A stretch of DNA of 50,306 nt from Minisyncoccota bacterium (GCA_031973395.1 DALYDD010000001.1:10894-61199); one strand, 5' to 3'; counted from the stretch's first letter, positions 28,065 through 39,923 are shown. Translations and numbers: made by a program. Notes: generated by a model from the sequence alone, not told the origin.

Positions 28065-29525
28065 TTAAGCCAACATTTTTCCAACTTCAAACAAGATACT
28101 CTCACCTCCGTGCGGAGCCATAAACTGTATTGCGAGCGGCAAAGGTTTTCCATCTGATGCATCACCTGTCGTAACGCCAGTTGGCAAAGATATAGCCGGA
28201 ACACCAACTAGGTTTGCGGGTACAGTGAAAATATCTTCAAGATACATTTTGATAGGATCACTCGTATTGGCACCAATTTTGAAAGCGGGACTAGGCGCTG
28301 TTGGCGTAGCAATGACAGAAACAGATTCAAAGGCTTTACGGAAATCTTCGCGAAGCATCTCACGTGCAATATTAGCTTTATTATAATAAGCATCATAGTA
28401 ACCAGCAGATAATACATATGCACCCAATATGATGCGGCGGCGGACTTCTTTTCCTAATAATTGACCTCGAGTATTCATATAATCCGCAAGCAAAGTGTCT
28501 CCTGCTATCCTCGATCCAAAACGTAAACCGTCGTAGCGACCCATATTCGAAGAGACTTCCGCAAACATAACTACATAGTATGTGGCCAATGCATGAGCGG
28601 CCGATGGGAGCGAAATTTCTTTTACCTCAACTCCTTTTGCTTTTAGTGCTTCAATAGTCTGATTGAAATTTGCAATGACTTCAGCATCAAGTCCTCCTTT
28701 ATTGAGAAATTCTGGAACGATACCCACGACAAGTTTTGGAAAATCTTTTGCTCGAGAAACATTGTCATGCGAAGTGCCATCATACTTATCTTTTCCTTTT
28801 ATAATATTAAATAGAAGTTCAACATCATCCACAGAACGCCCTGTTGGGGAAATAACATCGAGAGAAGAACCCATGGCAATCAAACCATGTCGAGGGACAC
28901 TGCCGTATGTTGGCTTGAGGCCAATGACTCCACAATACGCAGCGGGCTGCCGAATTGAACCCCCTGTATCCGACCCAATCGAGGCGAGAGCGGCATCCAT
29001 AGCAACACTTGCAGTTGAACCACCAGAAGTTCCACCTGATACCCGAGTAATATCATGAGGATTTTTGGTTGGGCCGTATGCTGAATTTTCTGTAGAACCA
29101 CCCATAGCGAATTCATCCATATTTACTCGTCCGATAAAGATCGCACCAGCATCACGTAATCTGCCAATAACAGTTGCATCATGAGGCGCCACATAGTCTT
29201 CGAGCATTTTAGAACTCGCGCCAGCAATTTTACCTTTTATCAAAATATTATCTTTTATGGAAAGAGGAAGGCCAAGAAGCGGCTTCACTTTTATCCAAGC
29301 ACTTGTATCTCCCCCATTCGCTACCACAATCTCTGCGCGCTCTGCATCGGCCTTTTGTGCTTCATCCAATACATCACTGAAAACTTCGCGGTATGCATTA
29401 ATTTCGCCGTCGCGCTCTTTTATAACAGATAAATAATATTCCGTGATCTCAACACAAGTAAGTTCGCCAGCGGAAATTAATTCCTGAGCTTTTTTTATAG
29501 TTAAATTTTTGAGAGTTTCTTTCAT
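28065..29525 (-). CDS. gatA: aspartyl/glutamyl-tRNA amidotransferase subunit A
   Basis: Amidase signature GGTSGGSTASVA plus GSDTGGSIRQPA. 486 aa, immediately downstream of gatC. Confidence 0.93.
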   Translation of the reverse strand: MKETLKNLTIKKAQELISAGELTCVEITEYYLSVIKERDGEINAYREVFSDVLDEAQKADAERAEIVVANGGDTSAWIKVKPLLGLPLSIKDNILIKGKIAGASSKMLEDYVAPHDATVIGRLRDAGAIFIGRVNMDEFAMGGSTENSAYGPTKNPHDITRVSGGTSGGSTASVAMDAALASIGSDTGGSIRQPAAYCGVIGLKPTYGSVPRHGLIAMGSSLDVISPTGRSVDDVELLFNIIKGKDKYDGTSHDNVSRAKDFPKLVVGIVPEFLNKGGLDAEVIANFNQTIEALKAKGVEVKEISLPSAAHALATYYVVMFAEVSSNMGRYDGLRFGSRIAGDTLLADYMNTRGQLLGKEVRRRIILGAYVLSAGYYDAYYNKANIAREMLREDFRKAFESVSVIATPTAPSPAFKIGANTSDPIKMYLEDIFTVPANLVGVPAISLPTGVTTGDASDGKPLPLAIQFMAPHGGESILFEVGKMLA

Positions 29526-29528
29526 ATA

Positions 29529-29864
29529 TTACTGTGATCCACCTAAAATCTTTTTTACCTTTACGTATTCTTCTGTATGCTCAGGTGCCGAATTGATCAA
29601 GGTATGCGCATCGGGATTAAGTTCTGTCCCGGTTCCCTTGTCGGCTACATCATCGCGCAACACATTCTTGTGCACATAATTCGCTGAATCCATGCGATGT
29701 GCAGTAATATCAGCACTGCCAGCAACCTCTTGGATTTGACCGACATAGGCCAAAATACCCCCAATCTCCTTGGCAAACCGTTCTTTTTCTTCGTCTGTGA
29801 GAGCCAGTCTCGTGAGTGCAGCCAGCTTTGTCACGTCAGCAACCGTAAATTGAGTATCCGTCAT
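29529..29864 (-). CDS. gatC: aspartyl/glutamyl-tRNA amidotransferase subunit C
   Basis: 111 aa. The LARLALTDEE-type N-terminus (LTRLALTDEEKERFAKE) and its position 5' of gatA fit GatC. Confidence 0.85.
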   Translation of the reverse strand: MTDTQFTVADVTKLAALTRLALTDEEKERFAKEIGGILAYVGQIQEVAGSADITAHRMDSANYVHKNVLRDDVADKGTGTELNPDAHTLINSAPEHTEEYVKVKKILGGSQ

Positions 29865-29877
29865 GGAGGCTATAATA

Positions 29878-32058
<2,181 letters not shown>

Positions 32059-32121
32059 TCATAACCCGAAAACGACCTACGAAATAGACTTCTGAGAGGC
32101 AAAAGATTGCCACAACACAGA

Positions 32122-32769
32122 CTAGAACGTAAGCAAGAGTCCTCTTTCCACTACACGCGGACGTTCGAGATTACAACCCGAACTTCCTGCCCCTCCACCA
32201 TATCCATAACCATACCCACCCGTACCACCAGCAATAAGATCGGTATTATATCCGCGTGAGTCTATAGATGTTGATTCGGCACCAGTTGCGGGATCAAATC
32301 GTTTACCTACAGTTACATATGCACAAGCTCGGTAACTGCTATCATCAGGATCTCGAAAATCAATATAAAAAGTAGAAGTCGCCTCTGTTGCAGAGGGGCC
32401 GCACAAACTATCGTCACAGACCTTACTGAAACCATAGACTTCACCACCTCCATCACCCGTACTACCTGAACCACATACCAAATGCAAATCTGGAGGGGTT
32501 GTGGTACCAAAAGGACTTTCGCTTATAGTGAAGCCACTCGCATCCTTTCTATCCCAAAATAGGGTGCATTCCGCCGCACTATCTGCCGCATAAAAAGCTA
32601 CCTGTGTACCACTCCCCGAACTCGAGAGGAGAAGCTGTTTGATCAAGATATTCCCAACCGAAAATCCAATCGCCAAAAGCAAAGAGGAGACGAGCAGAGA
32701 GACAAAAAGAGTAAATGCCCTATTCTTTCCTTTTATTTTTTCCGCATATGCTTTAACGAGTTTTTTCAT
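32122..32769 (-). CDS. pseudopilin-like membrane-anchored protein with Gly/Tyr-rich C-terminus
   Basis: N-terminus KNRAFTLFVSLLVSSLLLAIGF is pilin-like but lacks Glu5. C-terminus contains GGTGGYGYGYGGGAGSSG. Last gene of the pilin block. Confidence 0.55.
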   Translation of the reverse strand: MKKLVKAYAEKIKGKNRAFTLFVSLLVSSLLLAIGFSVGNILIKQLLLSSSGSGTQVAFYAADSAAECTLFWDRKDASGFTISESPFGTTTPPDLHLVCGSGSTGDGGGEVYGFSKVCDDSLCGPSATEATSTFYIDFRDPDDSSYRACAYVTVGKRFDPATGAESTSIDSRGYNTDLIAGGTGGYGYGYGGGAGSSGCNLERPRVVERGLLLTF

Positions 32770-32784
32770 AATAGATAAAATAAA

Positions 32785-33429
32785 TTAATTTGAAAAACTC
32801 TGGATTTTCCAATTGGTAAGATTCTCTCGCAACTTGAATTGATACATGCCTCCGGTCTGCGCCCATTTCATAAGCACCTCAACGGCTATTTCATGAGTGC
32901 CCGAAGAATCACCTGGCGCTTCGTGAAAGGTAATTTCTCTCGTATAAATCGATGGCTTCAGATTACCAGCCCCTGTTTCGCCATATGTTCCATTGTCAAC
33001 ATTTACATTCAGAAGAGCGCAGGTATTGCTCGGGCAAGCTTCAAGTTTATACCCACCTGCAGTTCGTACTAAAGAATACTTTTGCGGTGCAGGAGTCGAA
33101 GCATTAGCAAGAGCAGGAGCAGTTTCCAAGACCCCAGAGAGATATGTCATTTCCTGAAGCCATTCTGATGCTGAAATATTTCTAAAGGAATTGCGATCGC
33201 GAAGGTTTCTGATATGTTCAATTGATTCTTGGGCCAAATAATATGCAGTCATTTGATCTCGAGCAAAGAATGAGGTCCGTAAAGCCTGTGAGATGATGAC
33301 AATGGGACCAAGGACCGCAATAACAAGGATTGAAATAGCAACCAGGGATTCGACAATGGTAAAAGCTCCTGTTGTGGGTTTTGTGACCTTGTTCGCATCA
33401 GCACCTACTGTGCCTATCTGCAGCTTCAT
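32785..33429 (-). CDS. minor pilin with prepilin-type N-terminal cleavage/methylation motif
   Basis: G-AFTIVESLVAISILVIAVLG class III signal. Start chosen at ATG 33429. Confidence 0.75.
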   Translation of the reverse strand: MKLQIGTVGADANKVTKPTTGAFTIVESLVAISILVIAVLGPIVIISQALRTSFFARDQMTAYYLAQESIEHIRNLRDRNSFRNISASEWLQEMTYLSGVLETAPALANASTPAPQKYSLVRTAGGYKLEACPSNTCALLNVNVDNGTYGETGAGNLKPSIYTREITFHEAPGDSSGTHEIAVEVLMKWAQTGGMYQFKLRENLTNWKIQSFSN

Positions 33430-33473
33430 ATAATATTCTTTGATTTTGAGAATGGGATTTTTCATAAGAATAA

Positions 33474-34121
33474 TTAAATATTAAGCAGACGTTGTGATAC
33501 AAAGGTCTGAATACTGAAATCCGAAATCTGGGTCTTATTAATGTAAGCTGTACCCTTGATCACGATAAAAATACCTGGCTGATCTACACCTTTGTCAGGA
33601 ACGCTCGCATAAAAGTCCAAAGTTTTAATATCAACGTCCGTTGAGGTGATGATAAGTGTTTCATAATTGGCCGGGTTACTACAATCAGTAACATTAGATG
33701 GGCAATAATATTTCATAATTCCTTTTCGACCATTTGCATCGGGATCTGAAAGCCAATACTGAACCGCCCGCGGAGAACCAGAGATAGTCGACATAAAACT
33801 CATGATCCGTTCTGGCGATGAAGGGGTGCAGTTTGGTATCTCATTACCAACAATAATTGTTTGCACACTCATATCACAGGTATATTTAAAGCCGGTTTTC
33901 AAGTCTCTCACCATACTTTCGATAGCAGAACTCAGGTTATTTGATACAGAGTTGATGGCGAGGGTCTTTTTATTTCCGTCAATAATAGAAAGGAGTGCGC
34001 CCAACACAATAACCATAACCACCAAAAACAGAGCTACAGAGACCATGACTTCAATCAAAGTGAAAGCACTTTTGGCTTTGCTATGGAAAAGTTTTATATT
34101 ATTGTACGGAATTTTCTTCAT
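33474..34121 (-). CDS. minor pilin with prepilin-type N-terminal motif
   Basis: KSAFTLIEVMVSVALFLVVMVIVLG. Confidence 0.75.
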   Translation of the reverse strand: MKKIPYNNIKLFHSKAKSAFTLIEVMVSVALFLVVMVIVLGALLSIIDGNKKTLAINSVSNNLSSAIESMVRDLKTGFKYTCDMSVQTIIVGNEIPNCTPSSPERIMSFMSTISGSPRAVQYWLSDPDANGRKGIMKYYCPSNVTDCSNPANYETLIITSTDVDIKTLDFYASVPDKGVDQPGIFIVIKGTAYINKTQISDFSIQTFVSQRLLNI

Positions 34122-34128
34122 ATATTAA

Positions 34129-34800
34129 TTATTGATTGACACATGCTGGATATGGACTGAAAACATTCTCCACATGAATTTGTCCGGTAGATTCAACTAC
34201 AATCGCTCGACAGTTATTGCCCGCCAAAGTATTTACCACGATATAAGCCGGACCTTTGACAATCGGCGGGTTGGTATTTACCACAAACGAAGCCTCTGGA
34301 TTAGGTCGCTTGAACAAAATACTTAATTCAGTCTTAGCGGTATCAGCAGTGCTTGTGCAGGGATGCCCTGCACCCGGAGCATGGGCGGCACAAATTGCCA
34401 CAATCTTACTTCCGTTTTGTTTCTGAAAATCATACGTCGCAAATGTTTCTGCACCGAGATCATATGTCTTGTCATCATCTTTATCATTAAACAAAACCAA
34501 TTGCTCGGGATTATTCATATTTACATAAATACCGAAACCGCCTTTGAAGTCATTTGGATTCCCTGCCCCTATTTCCGCACGCACACCAATACCATAGGCC
34601 TGGGCCTCACGAATAGCTAGAGCAATCTCATATGCAAGATTAGTAATCAGAATATTATTGCTCAATTCTTTTTGATTCCACAAAGCCACAGACATGATAA
34701 CTGTGAATATTCCGATCACAACAATCAATTCCACAATAGTGAAGCCCCTCTTGAGATTTGTGAGAATATTCTTCACTTTAAATAGATTCTTTATACACAT
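34129..34800 (-). CDS. minor pilin with prepilin-type N-terminal motif
   Basis: KRGFTIVELIVVIGIFTVIMSVAL. Start chosen at ATG 34800. Confidence 0.75.
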   Translation of the reverse strand: MCIKNLFKVKNILTNLKRGFTIVELIVVIGIFTVIMSVALWNQKELSNNILITNLAYEIALAIREAQAYGIGVRAEIGAGNPNDFKGGFGIYVNMNNPEQLVLFNDKDDDKTYDLGAETFATYDFQKQNGSKIVAICAAHAPGAGHPCTSTADTAKTELSILFKRPNPEASFVVNTNPPIVKGPAYIVVNTLAGNNCRAIVVESTGQIHVENVFSPYPACVNQ

Positions 34801-34833
34801 AATAGGAAAACATTCAACGCTGTTCAAATTCGA

Positions 34834-35769
34834 TCAAACACTGAATATAAACAAATTATACCCTAAAACATAGACAGTGAGGAGGCCTAAAATGAGAAAA
34901 GGTGCAAAAGGTACCTCGCTTTTGAAATTGAGATTTGGAATATAACCTTTGCGGATGAGATATTTACCATAAGGAGAGCGACTAAACACATAAAAGAGAT
35001 ACAGAGCAGCAAAAACGATGAGGGCATAATAATGAATAAAATAAGCGCTGAGTGCTGCTGTTGTTGCGATAATAGTCAGTCGGCGCAGATGAGAAGTTTC
35101 TGGTCTACAAATAAGTATGAGGATTGAAAAGAGTGCCCCAAACCAGAACCCAAAAATGATAGCTGTTCCCCCGGCCGAGAGCCCGAGCATCCAGCCAATT
35201 CCTAAAGCTAATTTTGCATCTCCCAACCCCATCCATGTGCCACGAGACAAGAGCCAAATCAAGTAAAAAGGCAAAGCGAGGATAATCCCAGCCAATATTA
35301 CCCACCAACTAAGGGCACCTATGATGATTTGTGAGATTAAAGCCAGTAATGCGAATAAAAATACCGCAGGATCCGGAATAATTTTATGTCGGATATCATA
35401 TGCTGTCATTGCAACCAAAAGTGAAACTATGGCACAGTCGACAACCATCTTTATTGCGATAATCAATGCATTATGCTGAATGAGAGGTGCATTATGCCAA
35501 TATACAAAGACGAATAAACAAGCCGTCGCGACTTCTACCAAAATATACTGTACAGAAATCTTTGACTTGCACGTTCGACACCGGCCACCAAAACACAAAT
35601 AACTAAGAGCCGGGATTAGATCAAGTCCACGCAGGGTTCTCCCACAAGAAAAACATTGTGATCTGCCCCCTAAACCTTTGCCTGTATTGTACCTAAGGAT
35701 GACAACATTCAGAAAACTACCGATAATCAAGCCAAGAATAGCAAAAAAGATGATAAGGAATATATCCAT
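34834..35769 (-). CDS. pilD: prepilin peptidase (A24 family)
   Basis: GSFLNVVILRY, a Cys-x2-C...C-x2-C methyltransferase-region zinc motif, polytopic topology, and GLGDAKL containing the catalytic Asp. Confidence 0.9.
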   Translation of the reverse strand: MDIFLIIFFAILGLIIGSFLNVVILRYNTGKGLGGRSQCFSCGRTLRGLDLIPALSYLCFGGRCRTCKSKISVQYILVEVATACLFVFVYWHNAPLIQHNALIIAIKMVVDCAIVSLLVAMTAYDIRHKIIPDPAVFLFALLALISQIIIGALSWWVILAGIILALPFYLIWLLSRGTWMGLGDAKLALGIGWMLGLSAGGTAIIFGFWFGALFSILILICRPETSHLRRLTIIATTAALSAYFIHYYALIVFAALYLFYVFSRSPYGKYLIRKGYIPNLNFKSEVPFAPFLILGLLTVYVLGYNLFIFSV

Positions 35770-35811
35770 ACAGTGTTATTATACCGAAAGCCTGCCGAAT
35801 ACCAAAGAAAA

Positions 35812-36294
35812 CTAGTTACAACGACTGGTAGTCAAATTAATAATCGTTGCCTGTGCTGCCCCCGTACTATCAACACACCAAGCAGAACTATCTCCTAGAG
35901 TTGCTGAAAAAGCCCAACTAGTTGCAGAAATGGCACAACTTGTTGATGCAGTAGAACCGACTTTTGTGTTGATCGAGGTTATGGCATTTCTCAAGGAACC
36001 TGTGACTGAAGTTGAACCGAATAGATTTGTTGTTGTAGCAGTGCCACATTTTGACGTCGCCCCGTAATCTGCCGTGTGAACTGGTCCATACGATGAGCCA
36101 TTGTTTGCATAAAATAATTCAGCCTGACCGCGCATAGATGACATTGTTGATTTAATTGAAGCACTATCCCCTCTTTTTCTTGAAGTACCAAGTGAGGCCA
36201 TTACAATTGCAGCTAACAAACCGATTAGCGCGATAACTACGAGAAGTTCAAGTAAAGTGAAACCTGAAACTTTTTTATTATTTTTTATGAACAT
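35812..36294 (-). CDS. type IV pilin (second paralog)
   Basis: SGFTLLELLVVIALIGLLAAIVMASL. The mid motif MRGQAELFYANNGSSYGP and C-terminal Cys-Asn are shared with 36420-36869. Confidence 0.85.
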   Translation of the reverse strand: MFIKNNKKVSGFTLLELLVVIALIGLLAAIVMASLGTSRKRGDSASIKSTMSSMRGQAELFYANNGSSYGPVHTADYGATSKCGTATTTNLFGSTSVTGSLRNAITSINTKVGSTASTSCAISATSWAFSATLGDSSAWCVDSTGAAQATIINLTTSRCN

Positions 36295-36364
36295 ATCTTT
36301 GATTATACACCAAGCAATTTCTATGACTAGATATTATTCAAAATGCCTGTGTACAAATTATGAA

Positions 36365-36404
36365 AAAATAAAACAGCGCACCGTTAAGTGCACTGTTTTA
36401 TTTT
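36365..36404 (-). terminator. intrinsic terminator after the first pilin gene
   Basis: AAACAGCGCAC / GTGCACTGTTT, 10 of 11 pairs, extended by A/T pairs and followed on the minus strand by a T-run. Confidence 0.7.
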
Positions 36405-36419
36405 CAGACTAAACTGAAA

Positions 36420-36869
36420 CTAGTTACAAGCAGCAACTGATGTTACAAAACTTGAAGTTGAAAGGGCATTTCCTTTACTATCAACACAGAAGTGAGTTGA
36501 TGAACCTGAAGGCATTGGAGATGACACCGCCCATGCAGTCGCATTTGAGTGACATGAAAGACTCATACCTGTTCCGTTCTGAGATTCAGCACCTGCAATC
36601 AATGTAGTCAAAGCAGTCGAAGTTGTAGCTCCGAAGAGGTGGTTACCAGATGTACAGACTGATGCAGTCGGACCATATGAGTTACCGTTACCCGAATAAT
36701 ACAATTCTGCCTGCGCTCGCATGTTTGAGAGCGTTGCCTGAACCGCCGCATCCTGACCCTTTGTTCGAGCTGAAGTAAGGGATGCCAAGACAACAGATGA
36801 GAGAATACCGATGATGGCGATAACCACCAAAAGTTCAATCAATGTAAAACCTTTCTGTAATTTTTTCAT
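36420..36869 (-). CDS. pilA: type IV major pilin
   Basis: KGFTLIELLVVIAIIGILSSVVLASL. 149 aa, with its own long AT-rich upstream region and terminator. Confidence 0.88.
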   Translation of the reverse strand: MKKLQKGFTLIELLVVIAIIGILSSVVLASLTSARTKGQDAAVQATLSNMRAQAELYYSGNGNSYGPTASVCTSGNHLFGATTSTALTTLIAGAESQNGTGMSLSCHSNATAWAVSSPMPSGSSTHFCVDSKGNALSTSSFVTSVAACN

Positions 36870-37094
36870 TTTTATAAATTTATAATTAACGTTAATCTAA
36901 AATTCTAATTTTCTAATCAAACCTACTGATCTCTAAAGATCCCCGTAAGGTTGTCTAATTATAGCAGTTAGATTGCATAATGGATTAAAGTTAAAAATAT
37001 TCTTGTGGATAAATAAATCATTCTAAATATAAAACCTCTTAGAACCTTGCGGAGAAGCTTGGCTTCGAGCAGGAGCAGTATTTTTAGCAAAGAG

Positions 37095-37187
37095 AAAAAT
37101 AAAAACAACCTCTTCGTGCTGTCCTCGGTTTCGATAAAGGTTACTTAATCGACCTGCGGAGGCACTTCAGAGGTTGTTTTTATTTTT
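37095..37187 (-). repeat. extended-hairpin element H3 (core inverted relative to H1/H2)
   Basis: 37095-37113 is the perfect reverse complement of 37169-37187. The core 37114-37168 is the reverse complement of the H2 core. The arm overlaps the pilC stop codon by 1 nt. Confidence 0.75.
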
Positions 37188-38392
37188 TAGAAGCTGGCAG
37201 AAATATTGTAAATAGGAATCAAAACTGATGCGAGGAGAACACCTACTCCCAAACCAAGAAGCACGATCATGGCAGGTTCAATCAAATCAACCAAAGTGTC
37301 TACGGCCTGCATTACTTCTCGCTGATAGAATTTCGCCAATGTCTTCAAAATATTTCCGAGTTCACCGGATTCTTCACCAATTTTCATCATTTGAATCATG
37401 ATACCTGGAATTTCGGGATACTTTGACATCGCATCAGAGAGCGACATACCACCTTTTACATCATCGAGACTTTTTATAATAATATCTTCGAAAATTTTAT
37501 TATCAACAACGGTCGAAGTGAGCTCCATCGATTTGATGACAGGGACACCGCTCGAAAGCATGGTATTGAAGTTATCTGCAATACGTGAGAGGTATAGTTT
37601 TCTAAACAAATTTCCAATATAAGGGAAATGGATCTTGAAGCTCGAAATAGCGTATTTACCTTGGTCTGTAAAGCTATATCTCCAGAGAACGAAGCCGAGA
37701 CCAATCAAGACAATGAGCATTGGAACCCACCAATTAACCATGAAATTACTGAGACCGATAACGATTTTTGTATAGATCGGTATTTCTTGTCCACCATCGA
37801 CGAGAATCTTGCTGATCTTTGGAATAACCACGGTAAGCATAAGGGTCATCACCGCAACGAAGGTAAAGATAACGAAGGCGGGATAGATCAAAGAGTTCTT
37901 TACCTTGCTCGTAACCTCGTAGTTTCGATCCAAATAATCTGCAAGAAATTGGAATGTCTCATCGAGTTTTCCGGATTCTTCTCCGGCTTTGACCATATTC
38001 ACATAGAAGTTTGAAAAAACTTTTGGATGCTTTGCAAGCGCCGCTGAAATCGCACTACCCCCTTGGATATCATCAGAAACTTGTGTCAAAACTATACGAA
38101 GAGGCTTATTTTCAGCTTCAGTTGAGAGTAGGCGAAAAATTCGAAGCGCCGATACCTGAGAAGAAAACAAAGTGGCCATCTGTCTCGAGAGAATCACCAC
38201 ATCCTTCTGCTTTACTCGCTGAAAAAGCCCAAGATCTTTGTTCAAAATCCCCACATCATCTGCAGGATGGATTGAGACCAATGTTAGATTTCTACGCTGA
38301 AGCGAGTTAACAGCAATATCTATAGTTTGTGCATCAATAGACCCATCTTCTTGGACACCGGACTGATTAACGACTTTATATTTGAATAACAT
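37187..38392 (-). CDS. pilC: type IV pilus platform protein PilC (GspF family)
   Basis: Two T2SSF repeats (..MVKAGEESGKLDE.. and ..MMKIGEESGELGN..) and three TM segments. Confidence 0.92.
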   Translation of the reverse strand: MLFKYKVVNQSGVQEDGSIDAQTIDIAVNSLQRRNLTLVSIHPADDVGILNKDLGLFQRVKQKDVVILSRQMATLFSSQVSALRIFRLLSTEAENKPLRIVLTQVSDDIQGGSAISAALAKHPKVFSNFYVNMVKAGEESGKLDETFQFLADYLDRNYEVTSKVKNSLIYPAFVIFTFVAVMTLMLTVVIPKISKILVDGGQEIPIYTKIVIGLSNFMVNWWVPMLIVLIGLGFVLWRYSFTDQGKYAISSFKIHFPYIGNLFRKLYLSRIADNFNTMLSSGVPVIKSMELTSTVVDNKIFEDIIIKSLDDVKGGMSLSDAMSKYPEIPGIMIQMMKIGEESGELGNILKTLAKFYQREVMQAVDTLVDLIEPAMIVLLGLGVGVLLASVLIPIYNISASF

Positions 38393-38405
38393 AGGTATAC
38401 AGAAA

Positions 38406-39479
38406 TTATATCAAACGTTCGAGCACTTTTGGATTAAGAGATCGCTGGTAAGCATTTTCGATACTAATCTCCCCTCTGCGGACGAGATCAGCCAGACAAC
38501 GATTCATGTCTATCATACCCTCGGCAATACCTGTCTCAATCACTGTATTGATTTCATGTGTCCTTTTTTCACGAATCAAGTTTCCAACCGCGGCATTGGC
38601 GACAAGTAATTCATATGCAGGAATCTGGCCGCCAGAAATACGTGGGACAAGTCTTTGTGAAAAGATTCCAGACAAAGCACTAGCAAGCTGTACGCGGATC
38701 TGGTCCTGTTGATTTGCAGGGAATGTATCAATAATACGATCAATGGTCTGGGCCGCAGAGTTTGTATGAAGCGTAGAGAAGACCAAGTGGCCAGTTTCTG
38801 CAGCTGTAATAGCGGCCGCCATTGTTTCGTGATTACGCATCTCACCCACCAAGATCACATTCACATCTTGTCGCAAAGCTTCAACCAAAGCATTTTCAAA
38901 TGTATTAGTGTCGATACCGATTTCTCGTTGATCAATAATACTTTTCTTTTGTTCATATAGATATTCAACAGGATCCTCAATCGTGACAATATGTTCTGAT
39001 CTCTCCTGATTGATGAGCTCAATGAGCGCTGCAAGCGTCGTAGTCTTTCCTTGTCCCACCGGACCAACCACCAAAAAGAACCCTTGCTTCTTTCGGGCAA
39101 AAGATTCGAGAGCGGCAGGTAAACCTAAATCAGTTACATTTTTAATCTGTTTTGGAATAAGTCGAAGGGCTACACCGAAACTTCCTTGCTGAATAAATGC
39201 ATTACCTCGAAAACGAGCAAGGTCTTTGAATTGATATGAAAAATCATGTTCTTTGGACGATATAAACTTCTCAAGACCCGTGTCTCCAATTAAATATCTG
39301 AGCATTCCTTCAATATCTTGGTGCGTAAGCGGGGCTTTTTTTACCAAAGGCAAAAGCATACCAGAGGTTCTAATGGTTGGATGACGGCCTTCTGATAAGT
39401 GAAGGTCGGAGGCACCCTCTTTGTACACAGTGTCTAACAATTCTTCGATAAGTGTTTTGTAATCTGTTTTTTCGCTCAT
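38406..39479 (-). CDS. pilT: type IV pilus retraction ATPase PilT
   Basis: Walker A GPVGQGKTTT, Asp and His boxes, and a PilT-type AVGNLIREKRTHEI motif. 357 aa. Confidence 0.9.
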   Translation of the reverse strand: MSEKTDYKTLIEELLDTVYKEGASDLHLSEGRHPTIRTSGMLLPLVKKAPLTHQDIEGMLRYLIGDTGLEKFISSKEHDFSYQFKDLARFRGNAFIQQGSFGVALRLIPKQIKNVTDLGLPAALESFARKKQGFFLVVGPVGQGKTTTLAALIELINQERSEHIVTIEDPVEYLYEQKKSIIDQREIGIDTNTFENALVEALRQDVNVILVGEMRNHETMAAAITAAETGHLVFSTLHTNSAAQTIDRIIDTFPANQQDQIRVQLASALSGIFSQRLVPRISGGQIPAYELLVANAAVGNLIREKRTHEINTVIETGIAEGMIDMNRCLADLVRRGEISIENAYQRSLNPKVLERLI

Positions 39480-39515
39480 GTGATTTTGTACTATTATTTA
39501 TTTCTTCTATTTATA

Positions 39516-39923
39516 TTATGCCCGCATGCCATGATGCTTATTAGCAAGCATTCGCAAAACCTCGGTCACGACTTCAGACGGAATAGTTGTAGCTTTTACA
39601 ATATACCCATCAATACCGAGCCGCTTGGCTTTTTCTATATCGCTCGATTGTCCTTGATTACTCAAAATCAAAACAGTGGCGTTTTTGGCAAGATCAAGTT
39701 TGCGCATATTTTCGAGCATTTCCAAACCGTCCATAATAGGCATGACAATATCAAGGACGATCGCATCCGGTACTAATCCACCCTTCAATAGATCGAGAGC
39801 GTATTTGCCGTCCCCTGCTGTATTAACCTCAAAATGCTCTTTTTGGAACTTGATTGAATACATGTTCAAAAGAAACTTATCGTCATCTACAATGAGAATT
39901 TTGTATGGTGCACCTTCAGTCAT
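39516..39923 (-). CDS. stand-alone CheY-like receiver protein
   Basis: ILIVDDD..., phospho-acceptor context VLDIVMPIMDG, and conserved Lys in GYIVKAT. 135 aa with no output domain. Confidence 0.88.
   Translation of the reverse strand: MTEGAPYKILIVDDDKFLLNMYSIKFQKEHFEVNTAGDGKYALDLLKGGLVPDAIVLDIVMPIMDGLEMLENMRKLDLAKNATVLILSNQGQSSDIEKAKRLGIDGYIVKATTIPSEVVTEVLRMLANKHHGMRA

Noticed and set aside
27379-28068. 229-aa plus-strand ORF (also 287..772, 8798..9457, 44269..44649, 41786..42172 and similar)
   Set aside because: These are antisense shadow ORFs lying entirely inside well-supported genes on the opposite strand.
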